Source of the DNA: Nemertoderma westbladi
Taxonomy: Eukaryota; Animalia; Xenacoelomorpha
Assembly (NCBI GenBank): GCA_032718475.1
Contig: JAUCBJ010003457.1
Span: 1 to 35,154, forward strand
Direction: 5' to 3'
Length of the DNA stretch: 35,154 bases
The notes beneath the pieces were generated by a model. The model was not told the origin of the DNA, did no database searches, and worked only from the letters and a program-made list of their open reading frames with translations. The position numbers and the translations under genes were made by a program. Position 1 is the stretch's first letter, and each line of letters opens with the position of its first letter. Below, one piece after another: positions 34,940 through 35,154 of this stretch.

Positions 34940-35154
34940 TTCTAGGTCCGCGTAGCGAGACTTCTAGTATTCACTCCGTTGTTGTTTTTGTTGGTGTTGT
35001 TGTTGTTGTTAATTTCTCGTTAGGTTTTGGTATTACGAATTGATACGGCCCCAGTGGCACAGTTGGCAAAGCGTGGGCCTTGGATTCTCTAGGTTCTACC
35101 GAGTTCAATCCCCTATTCCGGTGAATATTTTTTGTTGTAAGATTGGTAGTAAGC
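34940..35154 (+). mobile_element. Second copy of the HINE-like/tRNA-like element, running off the window
   Basis: Same AGGTCCGCGTAGCGAGAC start and (GTT)n tract; A box TGGCACAGTTGG and B box GAGTTCAATCC at about 35048-35122. Confidence 0.7.

Noticed and set aside
35048-35122. Possible functional tRNA gene (also 31671-31748)
   Set aside because: Stems pair poorly, the two copies differ substantially, and both lie inside a repeated mobile element.
31585-35154. LTR pair flanking the RT ORF
   Set aside because: The RT is non-LTR type, and the two repeats are diverged HINE-like copies without TG...CA ends.

Overview
AT-rich animal (probably invertebrate) nuclear DNA, mostly nested transposable elements. 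The only clear host gene is the 5' part of an NRBP/Madm pseudokinase (5 coding exons, + strand, 14689-16856); no further exon was recognised in the remaining 18 kb. Upstream lies a stack of non-autonomous DNA transposons (MULE, hAT and Tc1/mariner-type, plus an unclassified one with a 5-bp TSD) and a decayed piggyBac with an internally triplicated 5' region. Downstream, on the opposite strand, is a tandem array of about 4 degraded, apparently intronless PRDM9-like copies (SSXRD-like motif, zinc knuckle, PR/SET, post-SET finger, C2H2 fingers). This array is interrupted by a SINE, a Helentron-like insert, a CACTA-like end and a 2.5-kb foldback element (TATGG termini, 6-bp TSD, 0.9-1 kb tandem-repeat TIRs) that encloses a zinc-ribbon ORF. 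The right end holds RTE-like, CRE-like and CR1-like non-LTR retrotransposon pieces and two copies of a small Helentron-type element carrying a tRNA-like cassette. All calls were made by eye; family assignments rely on recalled motifs, not database searches.
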